Source: Chrysemys picta bellii
Taxonomy: Eukaryota
DNA length: 64,000 bases
Direction: 5' to 3'
Assembly (NCBI RefSeq): GCF_011386835.1
Contig: NC_088795.1
Location: forward strand, 16,802,001 to 16,866,000
Under the pieces are notes generated by a model, which was given only the letters and a program-made list of their open reading frames with translations, was not told the DNA's origin and searched no databases. The position numbers and the translations under genes were made by a program. Shown here in pieces: positions 24,520 through 37,600 of this stretch; position 1 is the first letter of the stretch; every line of letters starts with the position of its first letter.

Positions 24520-24838
24520 TGTCACAAATGCAAGGGGACAGAGTGCTGGGAATCAGCAACTCAACCAGCACTCTGGTCACGGTTTAAACCAATTAGGCCA
24601 CAGGGAGGGCCTGATTAAGGAGAGGAGTTCCTGATTACCATATCAGACCCTGACTGGGTAGCTAATGAGCTAACTGGCCCATTAACAAGGAGACTGGATC
24701 AAAGGAAGAAAGTGCAGTGGGGGAAGAAGTGGAAGAGAGGAAAAAGTCTGATAGGCCCAGGCAAAAGGGAGTTCACTGGGAAGAGACGCCTTTTCTTCCC
24801 CCACCTTTGAGGATGGGAGCAGTGGGTCCCCGGTCACA
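24520..24838. mobile_element. Degraded solo-LTR-like element
   Basis: tgtcaca ... ggtcaca ends and LTR-like composition; the putative TSD matches only 2 of 4 bases. Confidence 0.4.
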
Positions 24839-27112
24839 TGCATATATTAAAAAAAATATACAGATTTCACGTGTATGTGCGCTGTGAGAACACAATGGAT
24901 GTTTCTGCAATCAAAATAAGGACCTGATCTTGCAAATTCTTGCACACCTGTTTATTCTGTACTATTTCCTAAGCGTTGTACCACAGGGACTAATATGTTA
25001 ACTTTGGACTCTATTCAGAACAAATATTAATGTCTGGTTTTGGCCTTGGAATTTCTGTGTAGCTTCCTAAATTTATTTCCCATGGATCCTCATCCTAATG
25101 TACAATCCAAAAGTGCATGATCCAAGGCCCAGGGAAGTCAATGGGAGTCTTTCAATGGGCTTTGGGGCAGTGTCAAAGCACATATACCAGGTTTTGGCAT
25201 TAGTCCCCATGTAGAGCAGAACAGGAATGCCCAGAGCTCTCAAGTGTATTGGATTGTATGGGACATTTTGCATTTCAGCTAAACCAGGCAGCCTTTTCTG
25301 CTACACCAGCACATCAACCAATGCTCAGCCAGAGATGAGGGAGAGAATGATTCATCTACAGAATGCTCTGAACCTAGGGGAAGGTGCACTCATCTGGCAG
25401 CCAGAAGACCAAAGTTTCTGATCTCACCTCTACTGACTGCTGTTCATATTTCTGTGCATCTCAGAGTCCTTTTTATTAACTAATGCTTTGTGTGCGACTC
25501 GCTTCTAGGATAAGGATCATTCCCCATTTTACAAATAAGTTGACTGACCAGGCTAAACAAGATCATTAAAGCAGAGCAAGGACTAGAACCCAGGTCTCTA
25601 CTATGGCAGGCCCCAGTCTTACCCAAGTGAGCCACATAACGTATCTATAGCAAGTCTGGCTATCCTGTTACAAGGCTGTTTGCAACTACCATGTTAACCA
25701 TTAAACCAAACTCTCCGTACCAGAGTCAAGCTCAGAACCCAAGATTCCCAATCTCCATCATTCCACTAATGTCTAGCAAATACTTGTGTCAGATGCTGTC
25801 AACATGTCTGTAGCTGGTCCACAACTGGGTAATTGTTCTCCTTTAATTCAGGTGGTAGAGATCAGTGCTAGCGTGTGACGTATACAGGTTCAAACACTAC
25901 TGATGACCCACGAACAGAGGTCCTTCTAGTTGTACATGATGGAATCTGATTTTCCAGTCTTCTTTTTTTTAATGTTTATTTAATTCATACCATGAAAAAA
26001 GCATCCTTAAAACAGGTTTTATAAAAACCAGGATGTTCTGGCAATTCTGGCATGACATGCAAACAAAACACAGGTATTATGCATGCTGGTCATTGTTACA
26101 CATTTTGATTGCTTTTGTCACAAACAGGCAAGCTTAAAGGTTGACAGATATGGAAACACAGGTTTTCCAACATGCCCTGAAAGGATGACAAAAAATCACC
26201 CAAGTGAGCATGTTCAAAGAGAACATTCATCCATACAGGAGAAAAAGCTAACTGTGGATAACAGCCACATTGAGACAAATTTCAACACTTTTACTCCTTA
26301 TGTCTGCCTGAGCTCCAAATATCATCATTCAAAGGCTGTGTATCATGACAGATCAACAGTTCATTTTGCCTGTTTGTGAAAAGGACACACCTAACCCACC
26401 TTCCTGGGTATTTGCCACACACAGGGTTTTATCTCAGGAATGACAAACTATTTTCTCTCTCTCTTTTGGCAGCATCACAACCAACCATTCTTGACCACGT
26501 GGCGAGGGCTTGAAAAGTTCACTTCCCAGTGGTATCAACCACTGTGCTCCCGTGTCAAGGAGCATGAGACACTATTCCAGTATCTATCGCAGCCACAGAT
26601 ATTTCTTTTGCAGGAGATGGTCCTGGAAGTTCTTTACAGTCCAGCCATATAAACCCACTGTTGCCTAGTCTACGTCTATCTACACTTAAAATGCTACAGC
26701 ACTGTAGACACTTACTATAACAGGAGTAGACACTTACTATAATAAAATAAAATAATAATACCTTTGCTGAAGGTAGTGCACCTCCCTGATATGTGAATTC
26801 TTCCATCTGCCTAGCGCTGTCTCTACAGAGGGCTAGGTCTCACACCCCAGAGAAAGGTATCTATGCCAATGTAACTTTTCAGTGTAGACCAGCCCCTAGT
26901 TCTTATTCCATGAGACAAAGCCCCAGCCAACTCATGAGCAGGCACCGTGCCCATCTATCCATAGGCAGCCAAAAGATCACAAAAGCATCTTAGGTATTGA
27001 GTCTTTGACCCTATGGTTAACGGAATCATAAATCTAGCTCTGACATGGGTCCAACTTTAAAGGGGAGGTTTTGTGACAGCATACAACAAGCCTGCCAAGT
27101 CACGTGGATTTG

Positions 27113-27295
27113 GTAATATCTTTTATTGGACCACCTTCTGTTGGTGAGAGAGACGAGCTTATACAGAGCTCTTCTTGACCTGAACAAGAGCTCTATGTAA
27201 GCATGAAGGCTTGTCTCTCTCACCAACAGAGGTTGGGCCAATAAAAGACATTACCTCACCCACCTTGTCTCGCTAATATCCAACACAACTACATT
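27113..27295. mobile_element. Inverted (head-to-head) pair of Penelope-like terminal repeats
   Basis: Left arm gtaatatcttttattggaccaccttctgttggtgagagagac is the reverse complement of right arm gtctctctcaccaacagaggttgggccaataaaagacattac. Confidence 0.7.
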
Positions 27296-27519
27296 GCGTG
27301 AGTCAGGTGGACGTCATTCAGAGACAGTCTCCTCAACACCCAATTTTTTTTGACCACTCAATGGTAGATTAAGTGGAAACAGCAAGAGTAAGTCAGTCAG
27401 AAGTACAAGCTGGTTCCGCCAGGCTACACAGGATTACAGTCATGGAAGGGGAGCGACATACTGAGCCCCCAACACGTTCATATGTTGCAAGGAATAAATC
27501 AATCTACACACTTGGCCCT

Positions 27520-27728
27520 CGTTACTACAGTATCTAAGCACCTCACAACCAATAATCGATTTTATTATCCTCACCACAGCCCTGTGAGGTAGGGAGGTAT
27601 CATCCCCAGGTACCAGAGAAGCAATGGAGGCACAAGGTAAATTAAATAACCTACCCAAGTTCTGCCTGACTAGGAATTGAACCCAGCCTTTCTGAATCCC
27701 AGTCTGGTGCCATCTTCACTCAGCCATA
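27520..27728 (-). mobile_element. MIR/CORE-SINE-like fragment
   Basis: atcctcaccacagccctgtgaggtagg ... ggaattgaacccagcctttctgaatcccagtc; boundaries approximate. Confidence 0.65.
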
Positions 27729-28628
27729 CTATGTAGCAATTTTCTCAGTGTGTAGCCAGTTAATCTCATCCTCTTAAATCCAATATACATTTTAATTGGG
27801 TTTCACAGTTGTGTAGCAGTAAATTTGGCAAGGAAGACCTCCAGTTTTGTTCAATGATTAATATTCATTACAGCAGCCAAAAAACTGCTCTAGTTTACGC
27901 CAGCTGCCAGGGGTCCTAAGAGACCTGTTACAACAGCCAAGGATTGTCAGAGCACACCAAAGCCCCAGCCACACCCACTAAACTGGCTGCAGCCAGGCAG
28001 AATGACGCAGGAACTGCAACACTGGCTCTACACCATCAGAAGAGTCTCACCACCGGTGATCCCTCTATGCTGGCTGCCCTGGCTTTCAGGCTTTGCAATG
28101 GTGATGCAGTGTCAAGTGACTGTTGCGCAGGGAAGAATCTGGGTCTCTTTTTTTCTTGTTCCAATACAGAGCCATCAAATTAAAAACATATTTGGTCCCA
28201 CAATAGCAGCAGCAAGCGTGTGAACGCTTCCAACTCCATTCTGCCTCCTACTAACTCTGCTCGCCTCACCCAGGTGTGGGCGGAGACCATTTAAATGGGA
28301 ATATTATTAAGTATGGGCATTTTCCCCTTTTTCTTTTAAAAAAATGTGAGGAAATTAAATAGAGCATGGTATTCCTTCAGTTAAAAATTCACAATAAAAG
28401 CACTGTTTTTTCTAATAAGGAAACTTACTCTCATGAGTAGGCCAATTTAAGTTAATTGGACTATTCAGCTGCTTAAAGTTAACCACATGTGTAACTGTTT
28501 GCAAGATTGGGGCCTTGGCTACTAAAGGTGGGATCTTCGAAAGTGCTCAGTATTGGCCTAACTCTGCTCTCATAAGAGTCAATGGGATTGTTACCAGAAA
28601 CTTCAGTGGGAGAAGAGTTAGGCCAACA

Positions 28629-28737
28629 CATAAGAACAGTTCTACTGGGTCAGACCAAACGTCCATCAAGCCCAGTATCCGGTCTTCCGACAATGGCCAA
28701 TGCCAGGTGCCCCAGAGGGAATGAACAGAACAGGTAA
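28629..28737 (-). mobile_element. Short CR1 3-prime end
   Basis: Closely matches 13065-13170 (cataagaac...ggtcagaccaaa...cagtatcc...tggccaatgccaggtg). Confidence 0.85.
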
Positions 28738-30174
28738 ACACATTGCACTTTTGAAAATCCCAGCCTACAGCAATTTGTCAAGATTCTGTTTGTGTGTGTG
28801 GCATCTTTAAGGAAGAATAATTCCCTCTCTCACATCTCCTTTAGGTTTTGTTTTTATTACTCCACCCTGTTTGCTGGTGGTTTCTATTGCTGCATCTCCA
28901 GATCCAGTACTGAGCAGGAACAATTACAACATATTTGCATGTGCCAATTTCCCTTTTTTCTTAAAACCGAAAAGCACAAAAGCGGATATGGATAAGATAT
29001 GTCTTAGAGAGATTTATCAGCTCTGAGGCACAAAAAATGAGTATAAATAAGGAGTTCAGGCTATATTCATCCCCTTGGCACCAGTTATTTCACAATTCCA
29101 ACAGTAGATGTCCTGCTGGGACAATCTGATTCCAAGTGTGAAAAGTTTTTTTTTTTTTAAATACTGTCATTAAAAATAAACAGTTGCCTTGACACAAAAT
29201 TTCCATAACTTAAACTATTCTTTTCTTTCACTTGACTTGATAAAGCCCCAATTCTTCCACAAGAGTTTCAAAAGTTCTTGGCAAAGACCAGGTCTGAGTG
29301 TGCAGGATTCCTCAACTGTATTTCTTAACTCTCGATATGAAGGCCAAGTGGTTTCCTAAAGGATAAAACCTGCATGGCTTGCTTTGACTTGCAATGTAAA
29401 GGTCCTTAACCTTGCTGTCTCTATGACATTCAAACTAGGCTGCTCCTAACCTTCAAAAATCTTCAGTCCCTGTACTAAAAAAAGTAACAGCATTACAGAA
29501 ATCTTATCATCCCTGAAATTCCTTCTGTGGAGCAACAATCACTTCACAGGAGCAAAATTAAAAAAAAAAAAAAACCCATCCTGTAATCATCTGATATTAG
29601 AAACATATGGGACCTCACTGGAAACAGATACATCACCCTATAGTCTTTCCTCAAAAATAAGTTTTCCCTTCCTGCTTCAATTCTCCCATTTGACCAGAAA
29701 TCTGGACATTCCTTCACAGCAATACTTACACACAGGGCCAGATTTCCATCTTCCACAGAGTGGAAGTCAGAAGTATCATCCAGGTAATGGGGCAAATCCC
29801 GCTAGTCATACCCATGAACATGAGCAGTGCCATTGACTTCATTGGGCTGCTCAACTAAGAATAAGGCAACTGGACCTAGCCATCATAATGGAAAAAAGAA
29901 AATGTCTTCAAAGATAGGCAAGCTACACTAATTCTGTCACACTCGGGGGAGAGATATTTTTGTACCTTAAAAGGATGTACGGGAATATCTTATCCTTTCT
30001 TTTCCCCCTTCTCTCTCTGGCCCCCACTCTTTTTTTCTGGTTAACTCTCTTCTTCCTTCTGCAATGTTATTTCATAGAAGTCAACAAAGTGCACCTATAT
30101 TTCACTAAAATGCTCATACCTTTCTTTTAAAAAAAAAAAATCTAAATACTGTCAAGCTCTTTGATCCAAACTAT

Positions 30175-30476
30175 GGGTACATCTACACTACCCGCCGGAT
30201 TGGCGGGTAGTGATCAATCTATCGGGGATCGGTTTATCGCATCTAGTGTAGACACAATAAATCGATCCCGATTGCTCTGCCGTCGACTCCTGTACTCCAC
30301 TGTGGCAAGAGGCGGAAGCAGAGTCGATGGGGGGGGGGAGGGGCCATCGACCCTGCGCCGTGAGGACGCAAGGTAAGTCGACCTAAGATACGTCTACTTC
30401 AGCTATGCTATTCTCGTAGCTGAAGTTGCATATCTTCAGTCGATCCCCTTCCCTCCCCTTCAGTGTAGACCAGGCC
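30175..30476. mobile_element. Harbinger/PIF-type MITE
   Basis: gggtacatctacactacc ... cagtgtagaccaggcc; same family as the 21392 and 50635 copies; TSD not conserved. Confidence 0.8.
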
Positions 30477-32084
30477 TCAGTTTGATCATTTGTCTCCTTG
30501 GTGCCCCATCCATTGTTAGGTATGCACTGGGGACCTGAGCCAAATCCCAATTACTCCCAATGATTTCAATGGGCTTTGCCTCAGCCCCTTGAGAAATACA
30601 TCCTCCCACACACGCCAGGCTGCAGAGCTCCCTGCAGAGCACTCACTGAAGGCCAGAGCCTGTAGTAGCCCCCAGCCATATGGAATATCAATGGACAGAG
30701 GATCTGCTAGCAGTAGACCCACTGACAGAGCTCCCACACCTTTACTGGCCCTCTCTTCTCCCACAACTAAACACTCCTGCACCTCCCCACACAGGGAACC
30801 CCGAGACAGGCCTTGAGCAGTCCACCCAAATCTTCCTCCCACCTCCCATAGGGTAGGATTTTCCAAAGCACTCAGCATTGGCCTACTTTACTCCTATTCA
30901 AGTCAATGGGAGTTTTACCATAGACTTCACAGGGAGCGGAGTTTGGCCAACATAGAGTGCTTATTGAAAATTCCTCCCACAGCTGAACCACAATGGTTTT
31001 GCTCCATCTGGGATTCTCTCGGACCAAGGAGGATGAACAGGATTTGCCCCATAGCGAATTACTTGAACTGTGTTTTTGCATTTTTGCCCACTGCTCCAAT
31101 TTACCTGAAAAAGTGTAACGTGCAAATGAACCGATCAATAGTTTCATTCCCCTTTTTGAAAAATCTATTCTTAAACAGACTTGTTGTGGAAAACTCGGGC
31201 ACAATATAAAGTGCAATAGGTCAGCAACACTGCGATGCTACTGTCAAAAGACGATCCGTAACTTTGAATTCCATTCTTTCCTGGCTCCGGACGATGAAGC
31301 CGAATGATTTTGTGCTGCAAATTCATTATTTACAAACTCACTGCACACAAGTAAAGCTGAAATAATTACTATATAAAGGCCATCCTTGAATAGGACTGTG
31401 TTTGAATAAGTACTCTGCTGACATACAAGTATTTCAAACAACTGTAAACTTCCTTGATATAGTTGCATGCAGGAGAGAGATTCAAGGAGCTGATGTCATC
31501 TTTTCTATTTCCAGAGTTTCATGCCAAATACAGAGCCCTATTTTCCCCAGAACATAAAGGCCTTGCTTCCAGGGAATTCCCTGATTGCCAGCTGCCCCAC
31601 AAACATATATTTTCCCATAGCCCAGAGTGTAGAAGCAAGTAGAGACTGACTATTCCCTTTAGCCTCATTCCCTCCAGCCCTGTCCCCACTCATGGAAATC
31701 TTCTAGGATCTGGAGAAGCACCTCCAGGGTACTCCATAGACATACACGCAGCTCATGTACCCCAGCCTGAATACAGGGCCACAGGCTCCCATTGAAGTGG
31801 AGAGGATGGTAGGGGCTATAAATATCAGACCTGGGAGCTTATACCACAAACTTTATACATAAGATAAAATTTCAGAAAATTAGGGAATTTCCATGCCTCA
31901 GCAAACTAACTTCTTCATTTTTCCGGCACATAACGGAAAAGAAAATGTTGCATTATGTACAATTTTAAGAAAATAAAAAGAAATGGAGCTAACAAGACCT
32001 GTGCCCATCACCATTCTGGCCCCCATCTCTTTTTAAACGGTAAGTTCTTGAGTGCAGAGATCATGTCACCCGTATATTATTATA

Positions 32085-32270
32085 TATCTCATAGAACTGG
32101 AAGGGACCTTGAAAGGTCATTGAGTCCAGTCCCCTGCCTTCACTAGCAGCACCAAGTATTGTCCCTGACTGTTGTTGTTGCCCCAGATCCCTAAATGGCC
32201 CCCTCAAGAATTGAACTCACAACCCTGGGAATTAGCAGGCCAATGCTCAAACCACTGAGCTATACCTCCC
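32085..32270 (-). mobile_element. Tortoise PolIII/SINE
   Basis: Homologous to 3264-3437. Confidence 0.9.
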
Positions 32271-34046
32271 CCCACCCTATGCATGTCCATACAGATTATC
32301 GCACACTAGGGCCTTGATACTGACTGGAGTCTTTGGATGCTGCCTCAATATAAACACCACCACTCGTGGTGACATCGCATGCATTCACTAGTCGAGGACA
32401 GGAAATACATCGCCAGGTCTGATCAGCTATCTGATTGTGCAGGGCAACAAGACAATTGTACTTAAAGGGCCTGATCCTCATTTAGACGAGTTGCACCATT
32501 CTGTAAATGTGAAGGGGTTTTAAACTGAGGGTAAATGTAGTTTACACCCACTTTAAGCGGCCTTGGGCATTATCTACAAGCTGGGGGGTGTGATATGCTC
32601 TAAAAGGGTGTGATTTCGAAAGCACACTAACATATTGTGCATTAACTGGTCTGTGTAGACCCTGCTGGTGTGCTTTAACATAGTGCTGTTTGCAACAGCA
32701 CTAAGGAACCTTTAGTGCACACCAACAGGGTCTGCATGGCCCTATTAACATGCAACATGTTAGCGCACTTTAAAAATCATGCCCTTAGTTATAATGAGAA
32801 TTGGGTCCTCCATGAAAATTGTCAGGGCTTTAAAAATTCACTCGCCAATTCACTAGCAGCGAGTAATAAACGTGCCATGACAAGTGGGCAATCTACACCA
32901 TCTACTTCTGCAGAATTAAATCTTCATTGTTGAAAACAATTCCATTTCTAACCTCGATGGCTGGAAGATAACCTTCCAATGTCAGCCAATGCAGAGACGT
33001 CTTCCTGAATCTGCAAACTATAACAGTGCTCCGACCTCACAAAAAGAGAAGCAGAGTGAGATTAACAGAATGTGGTCAGTTTCACACTGCTATTCAGAGT
33101 TGTAAGTCAGAACAAAGACTCACATCAGTGTCCCACTGCTGCTGAATGAGCCGCAGCACAATCAGCAACAGGAACTATTCATGGGAGAAAAGGACCCAAA
33201 ACATGGAAGAGAGGTTGTGTATCAAAGAACCCTGCCCAGAGACACATCTGGCAGAAGCCAGGAAGCTGGGAGTAGTAAGAACATTCTCTGCCCTTCTCCC
33301 AAACACACACACAATTTAGTAGGCTCAGCAGGTGAACAGCAAATTCCTTGTCCTTTCCAGCAGCCAGAGGATGCGTTTTAAAGAATAGCGTGTTATAACT
33401 GCTATCTTAAAAGCAAACAGAATCAACACATCACATGTTCAGTGTCAAGAGAGACATGCCGCAGAGATCTCAAGAGACAGTTCAAGGCAACAAAACTGGA
33501 ACTTTCATGAAGTCACATATGGCCATTAAGTGAATGGATAATCTACAAATAGTTTTCACAGTCAGAAGTGTTTATTGGTAATAAGGGGCTAAGCACTTCT
33601 TAGTCCATACAGTTTATCAGAGTAAAGATATGCAAGATAATGGGCACATGAGCACATATTCATCTTTGCTGTAACTCCACTGACTTAACAACATTACATC
33701 AGGACTGAATGATGGGAATTCTCCCATCAGCCTTGTGCTGTCTGCACCAGGGGTTAGGTTGGTTTAGCTGCGTCATTCAGGGATGTGGATTGTAGACCAG
33801 GCCTCAGTTGTGCTATTATAGTTCAGTCCAATTTTGCCTCTCAGCCAGGAGGTTGGGAGTTTAGGCCCTGATCTAATAAAACACTTAACCACATACTTAA
33901 GAGTGTAAACAGTCCCACTTTAAACACTGGTTTAAAGTCAAGCACATGCTCGGGTGCCTTGCTGGATCAGGGTTTTAAAGTCATATGCCAAGACTAAGGT
34001 GCACACCCAATTCTGTCATAGAAGTGCAGGACTTGGATGTGCTCAC

Positions 34047-34685
34047 TGTGTCAGACCCAGACCAGTGGGGTACAGGAGTCTGGTAGAGGGCAAATATACT
34101 GGTCACTGGATGAGTAGTTTTCTGTTCCCTGAGTGACCAGAGAAGGGGCTGCACTAGAGTAATCAGGAACCTGCTAGAACCAGTTAAGGCAGGCAGGTGA
34201 ATTAGGACACCTGGAGCCAATTAAGAAGAAGCTGCTAGAATCAATTAAGGCAGGCTAATCAGGGCACCTGGGCTTTAAAAAGGAGCTCATTTCAGTTTGT
34301 GGCGTGAGTGTGAGGAGCTGGGAGCAAGAAGCTGAGAGTGAGCGGGTGTGCTGCTGGAGGACTGAGGACCAGGAGGAAGGTCCTGTGGTGAAAATAAGGA
34401 AAGTGCTTGGAGGAGGCCCTGGGGAAGTAGCCCAGGGAGTTGTAGCTGTCATGCAGCTGTTACAGGAGGCACTATAGACAGCTGCAGTCCACAGGGCCCT
34501 GGGCTGGAACCCAGGAATAGAGGGTGGGCCTGGGTTCCCTCCAAACCTCCCAATTGACCTGGACTGTAGGTTCTTCCAGAGGAGAAGGTCTCTGGGCTGT
34601 TCCCCTACACATGGTGAATCTCTGAGGCAAGAAAATCCGCCAATAAGCGCAGGACCCACCAAGATAGAGGAGGAACTTTGTCACA
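34047..34685 (+). mobile_element. Solo LTR (Gypsy/Ty3-like), 639 bp
   Basis: TGTGTCA...TGTCACA termini; 4-bp TSD TCAC at 34043-34046 and 34686-34689; TATA-like tttaaaaagg; no internal coding region. Confidence 0.8.
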
Positions 34686-37600
34686 TCACTTTTAAGAAAC
34701 ACTCCTTTGTATGGCCACTACCTAATCCATCTAATATTATTACAAGCTTGTCTGTTCTGGGTTTACTAACTCGTTAATACATAGGCGTTTGGTAATCAGG
34801 CTCTTTTGGACTGTGACCAACTGCTTCGTTTTTTCACTCTCTTTTTAAAACAACTCTTTCTGTTCTGGAAAGTTGATAAGTTGAAAGTTCCACAGTCTGT
34901 AGTTTAGCACATCTTGTTCTCAAGTAATTTCAGCTGCAGCCAAGACATAGGAGGGTGGATGTGCAGGAGTGGTTCAGCTCCTTCAGGGATATCTGAAGCT
35001 CAGTGCAAGTTCACAACTAAACATTACTTAAAGCCTCTGGGAAAAAAAAGCCCAACGGCTATGTCAGCCCTTGAATTTGGGGGCAATTCCTTTCTATTGA
35101 ACTAGTTTCTGAATAAGCTGTTTATAAGTACAATAGTTAGACTGGATGTTTGCAGTGTATAGCTCTACACAATTTCTGCTCTAACGCTTCCTGTTCTGCA
35201 GCCTCGTGTTTATTTCACTGTACACGTTATAAAGCAGCATAGGGGTTAGCAATTCTACTTAATACATATAGGATTTAATTCAATTAGAGGCATTTTACAG
35301 AAACAGGGTCAGTTCTTGACCCTGTACACTGAACCCATAGAAGCCTAAAGCTGAGTAAATTAAAAACAGTATCATGTTTGGTTAAAAATATTTCAGCTGG
35401 GGGGGAGGAAAAACACCTACGCCAATCATCACATTAGCAGCTGCATAAAAACAGAAGCTGAACTGACAAATTATGAAAAGGAAGCCCACGTCACAAAGTA
35501 AAACAGAGATCACCATTGCCTCTAGTCTTTAGGAACTCCCCTCCCAGCCACCTCTTTGTGCTACACTTGCCTCATTTCTGTCTTGTCACACACAGCCTTG
35601 ACACTGCTTGTGCAAGCACCTTCTCCTCTGGATCCCCTGTTGTCTGCAACAAGCTGCTACTATCGCTTCTCCTCAGTCCAGTGTAAATCACGAATAATTG
35701 CACTGACATCAATGTATATTGGTGTAAGTGATATGAGAACTGAGGCTTCTCTCTTTTCAAATCCTAGCTAAACACACTATTTTCCCTTTTGCTAGTCCCT
35801 CTTCATGTTCTCTCCCTCTGCTGCTGTTATACGTGTAACAGAGCAATTAAATAGTTTGCAGTAAAATTGTGAAGTATTCCAGGTACAATTCTTATGAAAG
35901 GGGCTACATAATGTTATTGTACTGCATGGTATTACACAAACCCTGCTAAAAATATCTTTTCCTGTCACTGTCTCAACACATTTCATGTTCAGGGGCCCTT
36001 AAGAAAACAGTACACTAGCAACAACTTGTGATCAACATAACTGTACATTGACAATTAACAAAATATGTTAAGTGTCAATTCATTTCACGGCATCATTTGA
36101 TTTTGCTTAGCCCCAGTCTGCAGTTCAAAAGTTTTGGCAGCAGCTAGCACCATAAATCATAACTCTCCTGGCATCTGTTCCTCCCATAAAACTACACACT
36201 GAGTTCAGGATTCTGGGCAGGTCATCAAGCACAGCTGGAGTCTTTTCAGAGCAACCATATCAATTTTCAAGTCTATTTAATGTTATGAAAACAATAAATG
36301 GGACGAGCATACAAGAGATGTGTTTCCCTAAATTAAGAGATTAGTATACCACAGATTATTGGAGGAAGAGCTCGGAGAGATTTTAGTCGCACTCAGCACA
36401 TCAATATTTTGAACAATGCAAGCTTTTCAAGATTCCTGGTGAGTGGGTGTTATTCACTACAGATTTATTTCTAATATACACCTCCATTTGTTTTTATTAT
36501 TGCTCATTGGAAAATGGAAGCAGGTCCCCAGGGAGACTGGCCATTACTGTTTTCACAGGAAGCCAACAGCTTGATAGGCAAAACTGTGTGTACAACAACA
36601 TAACTAATGCATCTTAAGTACAATTATATTCCTGCTGTACATTCGCAATCAATTTTCGAAAGAAAAAAAAAATGACCACTTGTTACATTGCAGTATAACA
36701 ACTTTCACTGAAGTCATGCCCAGCAATCTCTGTACAAAAACATATTTACGGTACTATTAACTCCTGTTCACTGCACTTGCAGTTTTGGGAGCCTAGAGTG
36801 CTGCCCACCATGCCCTTGTGTACGTTCACTGCAAAACATACCCTGCACAATTCTGAGCCCAAACAAAAAAGCACAAGGAATAGGGTAAATGCCAGTTTAC
36901 CAATGTACACTATTCCCAAGAGTGACCAATATAAGAAAATTTCAACCCACTAAAGCAGAGTTTATGATGTTCTGTAGGAATGCTATGAACACAAACAGTG
37001 AGCAAAACACAGCTGAGTATTAGTGGGTCCATACTGAAAGAAGCACCATGAACCATGACAAAATACAAACCAAACTAAACTATGAGAAGTGCTTCGGTCA
37101 TGTCCATAGTATGGCATTTGCACAAAAGCCAAGACATTTAGAATTTAAACTGGACCCCTCTTCCTAGCTTCCCGTCCTGAGCCCACATTGTACAAAGCAT
37201 TCATCCATACGATGATGTGTCTGTTGATTGACTCCATGATAACATGTTTCAGGGTACATCGCACATCCTTATTACAGAGAAAATATCTATAAAGGAGAGA
37301 ATAAAACATAGGCGGGGAAGGGGCCCGGATCCATGGCTACAACCGAGCTGCCAACAGCACAAGGCAAAGGTGGCACAAAAGTGAACCTTGGCATTCCGCT
37401 GCAAGTACTGGATACGGGGCACGAGTCAAAGCAGCATCAAGGCTGCTTTAAGCACATCAGCTCCCAACAGAGTGAAATGACAGTCAGAGCAGCTTTAGCG
37501 CACCTCCTTCCCTCCAACCATGCCCCCTACACTGGCAGCCTAGAGGAGGCTGGCCTAGGAGGCATTGTGTTGATTCTAGAAGACTGGAGCATCCCTACTA

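Noticed and set aside
34255-34702. 135-aa and 76-aa minus-strand ORFs
   Set aside because: They lie inside the solo LTR and have no gag/pol/env motifs.
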